From the NCBI GenBank assembly GCA_965223505.1, contig CBDCWP010000042.1:32001-96000 (forward strand): 64,000 nucleotides of DNA. The letters are read 5' to 3'. The notes beneath the pieces are model-generated. The model did no database searches, was not told the DNA's origin, and saw only the letters and a program-made list of their open reading frames with translations. This stretch comes from Planctomycetota bacterium (GTDB taxonomy: Bacteria > Planctomycetota > PLA2 > JAEUHO01). Position numbers and translations under genes: made by a program. The number at the start of each line of letters is the position of its first letter. The first letter of the stretch is position 1. Positions 1 to 8,844 of this stretch are shown here, piece after piece.

Positions 1-2
1 TC

Positions 3-3000
3 GGCGGCGGCGCCGGCGGCTCGTTCGGCGGACGCGGCGGCGGCCGCGCCGGAAGTCGTGGACGCAGTCTCGGCTCCAACTTGGAGGACCTCGAGAAGAA
101 GAGCGAGGATGCGTGGGGCGCCGACGACGCCGAGGATCGCCAGCGTGGGGAACCGAATTCCATGCCGGCGCGCGACGGTCTGGAGCAGCCCAGCGCGGGT
201 GGTCCGAAACCGAAGTCCAGGGCCGCGTCGCCGGCCGAGTCGCCCGCGAACGAGCTCGACAGCATCGAAGAGTTCGAGGAGGAGCTCGCGGACAAGCGCT
301 TCGACCGGGAGGCTCGGCGCAGTCGGAGCAAGGGTTACATGGGCCGGCCCGAGAACGTCTACGGCGGCGGTATGTCGCTCCAGCAGTTCGGCGGCAGGCT
401 CGTGTATCCGCGGCCGCCGCACGTATTGACCCTGTCCAACCTCGGCTTCCCGCACATTCCCGAGCCGCCGAAGAAGGACGACGACGAAACGCCGGATCCC
501 GACTTCGACCCCGCGATCGCGAAACTCTTCAGCGAGCTCTGGATGCGCCCGAAGCTCGGTGAGCTCGGCAAGGCGCTGCACCTGACCTCGCTCAGCGAAT
601 CGCTGCACACGACGCGGCAATCCGTGACGGGCTTCTCGCAGGCCGAGCTCCGGCTCGCGCCCTCCGCCTGGGTCTTCGAAACGGCGGGCTTGCACGCGCA
701 GCCCGCCGCGCAGTGGGTGCACGCCGGCAAGCGCGCCGGGCTGGCCAAGGGCAAGCGGCTCGCCCGCTCGCGCGACGCCGAACCCGAAGATGCGCGCGCG
801 TGGCACTTCCCGCTCTGGAACCTGCACGTGCAGCCGTTGGCGAAGTCGTGGCGCGGTTGGCGCGGCACCCTGGTTCGGGGCGAGGACGGGATGGTCGAGA
901 TCCACCTCCGTCGCATCGACGCGCCGGACGACATCGCCATCCTCGTGATCGACGAGAGCCGCAAGGTGCTGCTCGAGCAGCGACGCGTTCACGACGGCAA
1001 GGTGACCGGTCGAACCACGTATGACGACTACGTGCAGATCGCCGGTCTCTGGTGGCCGCGGCGCGTCGAGACCCGCGACGACGACGACGCCGTCACGCAG
1101 CGCCGTACGTTGACGGTCGAGGAGATCGAGGTCGAAAACGTCGCCGAGAACGCGACGCGGCTGACCGCGAGCCTGTCGGACGCGATCGTGGTCGACGGAA
1201 AGCTGCCGACGATCACAGAGTCGAAGGAGCGCGTACACGAGCGCAAGGCGGGATTCATCGAGCTGTTGACACTGGCGCTTCATCACGCCGCGACACAGCA
1301 GTGGGACCCGACCTGGGAGCGCTGGGACGCCGCGGAGGCGCTCGAGGCCAAGAAGATCGGGAGCCGCTGGATCCGCGCGAGCTTCATGCACCGCGCGCGC
1401 ATCGGCGAAGCGTTCAAGCAGCACGTCCAGTCGATGGTGGCGCCCGTCGTGGCGACGTCGGGGCTCGAGGGCGCGTACGCCGCCCCGGAGCTCTACGGCG
1501 TCGCGTCCCGGGTGCTCGGACCGAACGAGCGCCTCGACCTGCTCACCGAGCTCAAGACGGGCTGGATCGAGGCCGGCGTGACCGGCGCGGAGCTGCGGGA
1601 GAAGCGCTGGCACTGGGCCATGGTGAACGCGCTCCAAGGCATCGACGATCAGGCCGGCGCGCGCGCGCTCGTCGCGACGATGTTCGAGCGCTGGCCGACG
1701 GACCTGGACATCGTCCTGCGGTTCGAAGCCGATCGCTTCAACGTGGGCCACCGCGACGACGCCGTCGCGACCCTGGCGACGTCCGTTTCGCAACGCGAGC
1801 CGTGGACCGACCGGGAACGCCACTCGCTTTACGTGCGCTACACCGACCGGCTCTGGGCGCTGCGACGTCTGGACAAGCTGGCCGCCGTCCTCGACGAGTG
1901 GGTCAAGCGCCGGCCGGAGTACTCCGCGCCCTATCAACGGCGGATCGCCACCCGCTACCTGCGCGGCGACACCGACGCGGGCGATGCGCACGTCGAGCGG
2001 ATCCTGACGTCGAGCTTCGGCGCCGACGCACAGGAAGACGTGTGGGCGGAGCTCTCGGCCGCCATCATGGTCGCGCTCGGCGACGGATGGGCCTTCCGGG
2101 TCAGCCACGTCGATTCGAGGTGGCATGCGCCGCTGCGCGACGTCGTCCTGCGCCTCGCGCGCATGGACCTGGACCGGCGACGCTCCGACGCAGACCGCAT
2201 CATGCGCGAGTATCGCTTCCGACGCACCGACGCGTACAAGCAGGTGCATGCCGCGCTGCGCGAAGACCTCGCGGCCGACGGCGCCGTCGAATCGATGGCC
2301 CGCAACCGGCTGGGGTGGTACGTGCGCCAGCTGTCCTGGCACCGCAACAACGTCGACCAGGACGTGTTCGATTCGATGGTCGCCCGATTGACGACGCGCT
2401 GGGAGAAGACGGAGGACCGGCACGAGATCGACGCCGCGGCGGCCAACGTGCTGCACGTGCTCGATCAACACGGCGACAAGGACGCGGCGATCGTGTTCGT
2501 TCGCAAGCGTCTCGAGCGCGAGCCCGACGACCGCAAGCACACGATCGCCCGCGACCTGGTCAACCGCCTCGTCGCCGGCAAGCACAGCGAAGCCGTCGAG
2601 GCCGAGCTGTTCTCGTTGCTGCAATACCTGCCCGCGCCCGAAGACGGCGAGGAGATGATCCGCAGTCGTCTCGCGAAGGCCGTGCGTAGCATCGGCGACC
2701 GGCTGTACCGCTGGCGCTACGAGAAGGCGCTGGGCACGCCCGAGGAGCGCAAGGCGCTCACCCGTGCCGAGCAGAAGTTGCGCCGCAAGGAGTCGCGCGC
2801 GACCGCGCGCCGCGAGCTCGTGACCGTGCTCGCCGCCGCGACGCCGTCCGTGCCGGAGCCGGCTCGCCCCTGGATGGACATCGAGCGGCTCTGTTACGCG
2901 ATCGAGGCCGGCGACGACATTCCGGCGGTCGCGACGGAAGCGCGCGGGGTCCTGCGCGCCGACTGGGAGCCGAACGGCAACCCGCTCGACCGCGTCCTGC

Positions 3001-6000
3001 GCGAGCGCGCGGCGGCCGTCCTCGCGTACGGCTGCACGCGGCGCAACGCGCCGGAGACGCTGCCGCAGGAGGTGCTCGGCGACTTCAGCCTCGCCTTGAC
3101 CGCGCAAGCGGAGGTTCTCGTGAACGACGAGAAAGCCGTGGAGCTGATGGACTGGCACTACCAGATCTACCGGCTGCTGATCGCGCTCGACCGCCCGGAC
3201 GATCTCGAGAAGCGGCTGACGAGCTGGATCATCCCCGCCAAGGTCGAGAGCCGCTGGCGCATCGCGCTCGGCTACCTCTACGCCGAGACGAGCCGTCTCG
3301 CGCCCGCCGCCGAGCAGTTCGAGACCGTGCGGGCGCAGGACGAGCTCGGCGCCGCCCAGTACGAAGCGCTTGCGACCTGGTATCTCGTGCTCGACGACGA
3401 TGCGCGCCGCAACGCCGCGCTGCTCGGGCGCTATCAGTCGATGGGCGAATGGCAGCTCGGCAACCTGCTGTACGAGCACCAGCGCAAGGTCGCGCCGCGC
3501 CGCCGCGGCGGCATGCCGGAAGACCTCGACCCCGAGGCGCTGCTCGTCATGCAGGCGCTCATGCGCAAGTCGTCGTACCCGGGCAATCAGCTGTACCGCG
3601 TGCGCAACATCTACCGCGCCGTCAAGGACCACCGCCTGTTGGAGAGCATGGTCGACGGTCTGCCGGGCCACACGAAGGAAGGCATCTACAGCTTCTTGCG
3701 TTCGGCGCAGACCATCACGAACGAAATTCACGAAGAAGCGACGTGCGATGCGCTGGTCGCGCGGATCGAGGCGGTCGCCGCCGAGTCCGACAGCCCGCTG
3801 GACCGCCGTGCCCTCATGTTGTTCCGGGCGGCCGTCGAGCACCGCGCCGCACAGGTGCAGGACGCGGACCCGGTCCACGCCGATCGCGCGTACGAGGCGC
3901 TACGCGGCGCGCTCGACAACGAGTGGCAGCCGGGCGAAAAGCGCTTGCTGGCCCAATACCTGAGCGGCTTGCGCTTCCCCCAGGCGGGACGTCTGGAGAC
4001 CGTGCAGATGTCGCACTTCCAGGCGATGTACCGCGGTGAGCCGGCCGACTCGAAGCAGCGCTTCTGGATCGCCTTCTACCACGCGCAGGCGGAGTGGGGC
4101 TACGGACGCGGTGATCGCGCCATCGACCGGCTCACGACGGCGCTGGACGACGAACGCGAGCGTGCCGGTCTCGGGTGGCTTCCCCACGAGGCCAACCACG
4201 GCTTCCAGACGTTGGTCAGCTGGCACACGCAGCGCTCGCAGTTCCTCCGCGCGGAGCGGTTGATCCTCGAAGAGCGCGCGCGCCGCAAGCTGCCGATCCA
4301 CGTCGAGCAGCTCGACGGCCAGCTCTACAACGTCTACATCCAGGCGCTTCGCAAGGGCGGCAGCGTGTCCCTCGGGCGCGGGAATGCGCTGTTCGACGCC
4401 GCGACGAGTCAGCTCGCGGCCGTGCTGCAGCGCGCCCCGTTCCGCATGAACCAGCTCTTCTCGACGTACTGCCAGCTGCACCAGACCGACCGCGGTCGTC
4501 CGATCGTGAACGGCGCCGACGACCGGCTGCACGCCTACGGCAAGCAGACGCTCCCGGGCCTTCTCGAGCGGCTTCCGCTGCAGGCGACGAACCTCGCGGG
4601 CACGATGGCGGGCGCGCTCAGGCGTCTGACCGGCCCGCGCTCGGGAATCCGGTATCTGCTGGACCGCCGCGACATCGAGCCGACGTGGCTCCGGCGCATC
4701 AGCTACGACGTCTGGTATCGCCACAACCGCTCGCTCGCGCAGTGGCGCTACGACGCGGGCAATCTCGGTGACCTCGAGCCGCGCCTGTTGAAGGTCGTGA
4801 TCGCGGCGCTGGAGCGGCGTCTGGAGACCGGGTCGAGCCGCGGCGGCTACTTCTGGAACCGGAACAACAAGTGGTACTGGGGCGCACAGGCGACCGAGTT
4901 CGCCGCGACCGCCACACGCATTCTGGAGCGGCACGAATCGTCGCCGGCGATCATCTGGCGCGTCGCCCACTTCCAGCGCAACGATCTGGGGCTGCGGCGT
5001 GAAGCCGTCGCCACACTCATGGCCGCACACAAGCGGGAGCTCCTCGACATCAATCGGCGCTGGACGCTCGGCAGCTGGCTGCGCGACGACAAGCGCTTCG
5101 AAGAGGCGCTTCCGATCGCGTTGGCCTTGCGCGAGGAGAAGCCGCGGTCCCTGCCGTACCGGCAGCTCGTGATCGACGCGTACGGCGGGCTGGACCTGAA
5201 GAAGGAGGCGCTCGCCGCGCTGCTCGACACCGAGACCACCTTCCGCGAGCTGAAGATCTGGACCGAATCGGCCGCTGCCGGTCTGGCCCAGCAGGCCGTC
5301 ACGTACCGCTTCGCCGAGCACGGCGTGCGGCTGTACGAAGAGGCGATTCGCCTGCGCACGGACACCCGTGGTTATCGAGGCGGCCGCGACAACACGATCG
5401 CGAACTACAACTTGCACCTCGCCAAGGGTCGCGCGCAGCTCGGACGCATCGAAGAGGCGGTGCAGGCCGCATCGGCCGCGCTGGTCGCCATCGACCGTTC
5501 GCAGCGAAGCCAGGACCGCGCCCTCGGGGCGCTGCGAGAGGTGCTGCGCGAAGCCGAGGACCTGAGCGCCTACGTCGCGACGTACGACGCGGAGGTCGCG
5601 AAGACGGGGCTCGATGCACCGCTCCTGCGCCGTGAGCTGGGCGCCATCTTCCTGGACAAGGAGGAATACGACGCAGCGGTCACGCAGCTGCGCGCCGCCC
5701 GAGAGCTCGACGGCACGGACGCGAGGGTTCACCAGCTGCTGGTGAAGGCCTACGACGGCAAGAACGACGCCGAGGGCGCCATCGACGCGCTGTTCGGATC
5801 GATCCGCATGTCGCCGCACAACCTGGACGCGTACGAATCGCTGGCGGGGCGATACGAGCGCACCAACCCGGGTGCGAGCGACGTCGAGCGCGCGCTCACG
5901 ACCATGGTCGAGAACACGCCGCACGACGCGGACGGGCACCGCAAGCTCGCGCAGATTCGCGAGACGCAGGGACGTCTGGAGGACGCGGTCGTTCAGTGGG

Positions 6001-6188
6001 AGCAGGTCGTGCGCACGCGCAGCCTGGAACCCGACGGCTACCTCGCGCTGGTGCGCCTCCTGATCCGGCTCGAACGCACGGACGAGGCCCGCAAGCACAT
6101 CCGGCATCTCATGACGTCGAAGTGGGAACAGCGCTTCGGGGACGTCGCGGCGAAGGCGAGCGCGCTGCTCGAGACCATCAACAACTGA
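3..6188 (+). CDS. Very large (>2000 aa) alpha-helical/TPR-repeat protein, 5'-truncated by the window edge
   Basis: ORF 81..6188 stays open upstream to position 3 (GGGAGGSFGGRGGG...). It has GC3-biased codons and TPR-like repeats near the C-terminus (e.g. LGAIFLDKEEYDAAVTQLRAARELDG, HRKLAQIRETQGRLEDAVVQWEQV). Confidence 0.75.
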   Translation, partial: GGGAGGSFGGRGGGRAGSRGRSLGSNLEDLEKKSEDAWGADDAEDRQRGEPNSMPARDGLEQPSAGGPKPKSRAASPAESPANELDSIEEFEEELADKRFDREARRSRSKGYMGRPENVYGGGMSLQQFGGRLVYPRPPHVLTLSNLGFPHIPEPPKKDDDETPDPDFDPAIAKLFSELWMRPKLGELGKALHLTSLSESLHTTRQSVTGFSQAELRLAPSAWVFETAGLHAQPAAQWVHAGKRAGLAKGKRLARSRDAEPEDARAWHFPLWNLHVQPLAKSWRGWRGTLVRGEDGMVEIHLRRIDAPDDIAILVIDESRKVLLEQRRVHDGKVTGRTTYDDYVQIAGLWWPRRVETRDDDDAVTQRRTLTVEEIEVENVAENATRLTASLSDAIVVDGKLPTITESKERVHERKAGFIELLTLALHHAATQQWDPTWERWDAAEALEAKKIGSRWIRASFMHRARIGEAFKQHVQSMVAPVVATSGLEGAYAAPELYGVASRVLGPNERLDLLTELKTGWIEAGVTGAELREKRWHWAMVNALQGIDDQAGARALVATMFERWPTDLDIVLRFEADRFNVGHRDDAVATLATSVSQREPWTDRERHSLYVRYTDRLWALRRLDKLAAVLDEWVKRRPEYSAPYQRRIATRYLRGDTDAGDAHVERILTSSFGADAQEDVWAELSAAIMVALGDGWAFRVSHVDSRWHAPLRDVVLRLARMDLDRRRSDADRIMREYRFRRTDAYKQVHAALREDLAADGAVESMARNRLGWYVRQLSWHRNNVDQDVFDSMVARLTTRWEKTEDRHEIDAAAANVLHVLDQHGDKDAAIVFVRKRLEREPDDRKHTIARDLVNRLVAGKHSEAVEAELFSLLQYLPAPEDGEEMIRSRLAKAVRSIGDRLYRWRYEKALGTPEERKALTRAEQKLRRKESRATARRELVTVLAAATPSVPEPARPWMDIERLCYAIEAGDDIPAVATEARGVLRADWEPNGNPLDRVLRERAAAVLAYGCTRRNAPETLPQEVLGDFSLALTAQAEVLVNDEKAVELMDWHYQIYRLLIALDRPDDLEKRLTSWIIPAKVESRWRIALGYLYAETSRLAPAAEQFETVRAQDELGAAQYEALATWYLVLDDDARRNAALLGRYQSMGEWQLGNLLYEHQRKVAPRRRGGMPEDLDPEALLVMQALMRKSSYPGNQLYRVRNIYRAVKDHRLLESMVDGLPGHTKEGIYSFLRSAQTITNEIHEEATCDALVARIEAVAAESDSPLDRRALMLFRAAVEHRAAQVQDADPVHADRAYEALRGALDNEWQPGEKRLLAQYLSGLRFPQAGRLETVQMSHFQAMYRGEPADSKQRFWIAFYHAQAEWGYGRGDRAIDRLTTALDDERERAGLGWLPHEANHGFQTLVSWHTQRSQFLRAERLILEERARRKLPIHVEQLDGQLYNVYIQALRKGGSVSLGRGNALFDAATSQLAAVLQRAPFRMNQLFSTYCQLHQTDRGRPIVNGADDRLHAYGKQTLPGLLERLPLQATNLAGTMAGALRRLTGPRSGIRYLLDRRDIEPTWLRRISYDVWYRHNRSLAQWRYDAGNLGDLEPRLLKVVIAALERRLETGSSRGGYFWNRNNKWYWGAQATEFAATATRILERHESSPAIIWRVAHFQRNDLGLRREAVATLMAAHKRELLDINRRWTLGSWLRDDKRFEEALPIALALREEKPRSLPYRQLVIDAYGGLDLKKEALAALLDTETTFRELKIWTESAAAGLAQQAVTYRFAEHGVRLYEEAIRLRTDTRGYRGGRDNTIANYNLHLAKGRAQLGRIEEAVQAASAALVAIDRSQRSQDRALGALREVLREAEDLSAYVATYDAEVAKTGLDAPLLRRELGAIFLDKEEYDAAVTQLRAARELDGTDARVHQLLVKAYDGKNDAEGAIDALFGSIRMSPHNLDAYESLAGRYERTNPGASDVERALTTMVENTPHDADGHRKLAQIRETQGRLEDAVVQWEQVVRTRSLEPDGYLALVRLLIRLERTDEARKHIRHLMTSKWEQRFGDVAAKASALLETINN

Positions 6189-6268
6189 TCGGCGCCGAAA
6201 CAGGGGACTGACAGCCGTGAACGGCTCGCTGTTGACGCGCGCCATCGATCCCAGCCACCATTTCCGCC

Positions 6269-6574
6269 ATGCCGGAAGCGCCGGTCCAAACCCCCGAGGC
6301 CGAAACCTCGGAGCACACCGAGCTCGCGCCGCAGTGGAAGGTCTTGCTGCTCAACGACGACGTCACGACCGTCGAGTTCGTGATCTGGCTGCTCAAGAAG
6401 GTCTTCCACAAGCCGCACACCGAGGCCGTTCGGCTGACGTGGGAGGTGCACGACACCGGCGCCGCGCTGATCACGGTCACGAACCTCGAGCGGGCCGAGC
6501 TGTACGTCGAGCAGGTTCGTTCGCTGGCACGGCCGCGCGGCTTCCCGCTCACGGCGACGATCGAACCGGCGTGA
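6269..6574 (+). CDS. clpS: ATP-dependent Clp protease adaptor ClpS
   Basis: WKVLLLNDDVTTVEFV...EVH..G.A...FPLTATIEP ClpS signature. Confidence 0.95.
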   Translation: MPEAPVQTPEAETSEHTELAPQWKVLLLNDDVTTVEFVIWLLKKVFHKPHTEAVRLTWEVHDTGAALITVTNLERAELYVEQVRSLARPRGFPLTATIEPA

Positions 6575-6691
6575 CGCGCGCGAACTGAATACGAATTCAC
6601 CGGTGACGATCGCGGAAAAGAACTCTGGCATCCCGCGGATCGGCCTTGCACAATTGTCGCGACGACCTCGGGAGGGACGTCGGCGGGAGGG

Positions 6692-6976
6692 TTGTTCGTG
6701 ACGGGACCGATCTCAGGGCATCGGCGCCGCTGGCGCGCCCAGCTCATCCTCTACATCGCGCTGGCATTCGTACTGGGTCTCACCGCCTGCAGCACGCGCG
6801 CGTCCTGCACCGAGGTCTTCGACTGCGACAGCTGCTGCTGGCCGCGGGGTCAGATCGGTCCGTTCCTGCCGTGCCTGTGCGAGGACTACGTCGAAGACCC
6901 GTGCCGTTGCTTCCCCGAGAAGAACCCGCCCATCAAGGCCTACGACGCTCCGGTGCCGGGCAAGTCGATCAGCTGA
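6692..6976 (+). CDS. Small cysteine-rich predicted lipoprotein
   Basis: Basic N-region, hydrophobic stretch, lipobox-like LTAC, then 8 further Cys; GGGAGG just upstream; exact start uncertain (6692 or 6698). Confidence 0.6.
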   Translation: MFVTGPISGHRRRWRAQLILYIALAFVLGLTACSTRASCTEVFDCDSCCWPRGQIGPFLPCLCEDYVEDPCRCFPEKNPPIKAYDAPVPGKSIS

Positions 6977-7173
6977 CCCCATCGCCGGGTCGGCGCGTGT
7001 CCCCCTGGCAGTCGCCCGTCGTGTCACCGTTGTGCCACGACCGCACCCACTCGGGCTTCACGGCGTGCTCAAGGCGCGCACTTTTGAACCCGATCCCACA
7101 TGAAGAATCCCCCGCCCCACGGGGCGAACTCGTATGCTACGAACTCGCACGTAGGGCACGCGCGGAGGAACCC

Positions 7174-7479
7174 ATGAAGAACTTTGTCCTGCTCCTGGCC
7201 TTGGTCGGGCTGGCTTTCGCCGTCGGTGGCTGCTCGTCGAACATGGCGTGCGGCGGCATGTCGGCCAACTGCTGTCAGACCTGGGACTTCTACGAGAAGT
7301 GCGACCTGATCGAAGGCCGTCGCGCGATGTGCTGCGGCGCCGAGCTCGGCTGCGAGCCGGGTGTGATCGTCACGCGCGAGGTCCGGGCGCCTGCGGACGT
7401 CGAAGTCGTCATCGAAGACGAGGTCATCCAGGAGATGCCGGCGCCCGAGGTATCGACGCCGGACGCCTCCGACGGCTAG
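7174..7479 (+). CDS. Small cysteine-rich predicted lipoprotein
   Basis: GGAGG RBS at 7164-7168 and ATG at 7174. MKNFVLLLALVGLAFAVGGC lipoprotein signal, 7 further Cys and an acidic tail. Confidence 0.7.
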   Translation: MKNFVLLLALVGLAFAVGGCSSNMACGGMSANCCQTWDFYEKCDLIEGRRAMCCGAELGCEPGVIVTREVRAPADVEVVIEDEVIQEMPAPEVSTPDASDG

Positions 7480-7536
7480 CCACCGCTCGACATGCCACCG
7501 GTGGCGCGCGCCGCTGGATGCGACAATCGTGAATTG

Positions 7537-7576
7537 AACCGGGGCGCGGCCTTGCAAAGGGCCGCGCCCCGGTTTC
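7537..7576. terminator. Probable bidirectional intrinsic terminator hairpin
   Basis: AACCGGGGCGCGGCCTT-GCAA-AGGGCCGCGCCCCGGTT stem-loop between convergent genes. Confidence 0.7.
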
Positions 7577-7590
7577 GTGTCTGCTGGGTC

Positions 7591-8052
7591 CTACGCCGCC
7601 GCGACCGCAGCCCCTTCCTTGCCACGCGAGCGGCTGCGCCGCGCGATGAGCCACCGGAGGACGAACAGGCCCAATGCCGTTCCCGCCCCGCCGAGGCTGA
7701 CGAGCAACGTGAGTGACCGCAGGCGGTCCGTCTGGAACGTGTCTTCGCCCTTCGCGCGATCGACGAGCAACAGCGTCAGCGACTCGTCTTCCTTCGGCCG
7801 GACGATCTTGTCTTCGTCCGCGAAGATGACGGACGTGGGTTTGCCGAACGGCGTGCCGTACAGCTCCGCGACCGAGTAGCCTTCCGGATCGAGCGCGTAG
7901 AGGTCGCGCTTCGCGCCCAGCGAAGCTTCGTCACCCGGCTCCACGTACTGCACTTCGATGGCGGTGGATTCCAACGCCCACGCCACGGGCCACGCGAGCA
8001 CGGCGACCGCGACCGCGCCGATCGCCCCGACCTTGAGAAGACGCATGATCAT
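7591..8052 (-). CDS. Hypothetical membrane protein (N- and C-terminal hydrophobic segments)
   Basis: MIMRLLKVGAIGAVAVAVLAWPVAW... and a C-terminal TM; lies directly downstream of the YceI gene. Confidence 0.6.
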   Translation of the reverse strand: MIMRLLKVGAIGAVAVAVLAWPVAWALESTAIEVQYVEPGDEASLGAKRDLYALDPEGYSVAELYGTPFGKPTSVIFADEDKIVRPKEDESLTLLLVDRAKGEDTFQTDRLRSLTLLVSLGGAGTALGLFVLRWLIARRSRSRGKEGAAVAAA

Positions 8053-8069
8053 CGAATCCGCCCTTCGCC

Positions 8070-8711
8070 CTAGTTGCGTCGTGCCGGGCGGGCCGTGGTG
8101 CCGAACAGGTCGACCTTCACGTCCCACTCGTCGCTGACCTTGCCCTTCAGATCCTTGTCCACGTTCACGCCGTGGTCCGAGAGCTTGACCTTGAACGTCG
8201 CGCGCACGTGCACCCAGTCGCCGGCGCCAAGGCGGTTCTTCTCGGCGATCTCCTTCGGAATCGCGATGACGCGCCCCGTTCCCGAGACGTCCCGGACGAC
8301 GCCCTTGATCTTCAGCTTGCCCTTGTAGGACCAGGTCTTGCCGTCCTTGCCCTCGGTCGCGATCAAGTCGTCGAGCTCGATGTACGGGAACCTCGCCGCG
8401 TCGAGCCAGTCACTGCTCTGAAGATGCGTGTCGCGAAGCGGAATCCCCGTTTTGAGCGTGCGCACCCCCACCTTCAAGCTGCCGCTCGCCTTGGTCCCCG
8501 AGGCATCCACCGACACGCTGCCTTGAATGGCGTTGGAGGTGCCGTTGATGGTCTCGAAGTCCGCTTCGCTGACGAAGCTGATGTTGGTCCGTGCGGGGTG
8601 CGTTCCGAAGTGGAAGGTCTTCGACTTCAGCTTCTCGTTGCCGAGCGCGGGCGCCGCGAGCAACAGGAGAAGTGAAGATACGATCAAGAGGCCGAAGGCG
8701 GAAAAGCGCAT
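8070..8711 (-). CDS. YceI family secreted lipid/polyisoprenoid-binding protein
   Basis: Signal peptide; TGIPLRDTHLQSSDWLDAARFPYI and GKLKIKGVVR YceI motifs. Confidence 0.9.
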   Translation of the reverse strand: MRFSAFGLLIVSSLLLLLAAPALGNEKLKSKTFHFGTHPARTNISFVSEADFETINGTSNAIQGSVSVDASGTKASGSLKVGVRTLKTGIPLRDTHLQSSDWLDAARFPYIELDDLIATEGKDGKTWSYKGKLKIKGVVRDVSGTGRVIAIPKEIAEKNRLGAGDWVHVRATFKVKLSDHGVNVDKDLKGKVSDEWDVKVDLFGTTARPARRN

Positions 8712-8844
8712 GGTTTCGTGACTCCACTGGCTGGTTCATCGAGGTTGACGGCGTTGTCGCTCGTTCAGTTTCAAGAAAACCGCCGCGAGCCCCAGAACCT
8801 GGACACTCGAGCGCGCACGTCCTGCGTCGCCGACGTTCCAGACC

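Noticed and set aside
3900..6245. Long antisense or alternate-frame ORFs (e.g. 3900..6245-, 8410..10629-, 26872..29343+, 31045..33066-, 42014..44170+, 60590..63154-)
   Set aside because: Shadow ORFs typical of very high GC DNA; they overlap well-supported genes and give Arg/Ala/Pro-rich or antisense-pattern translations.
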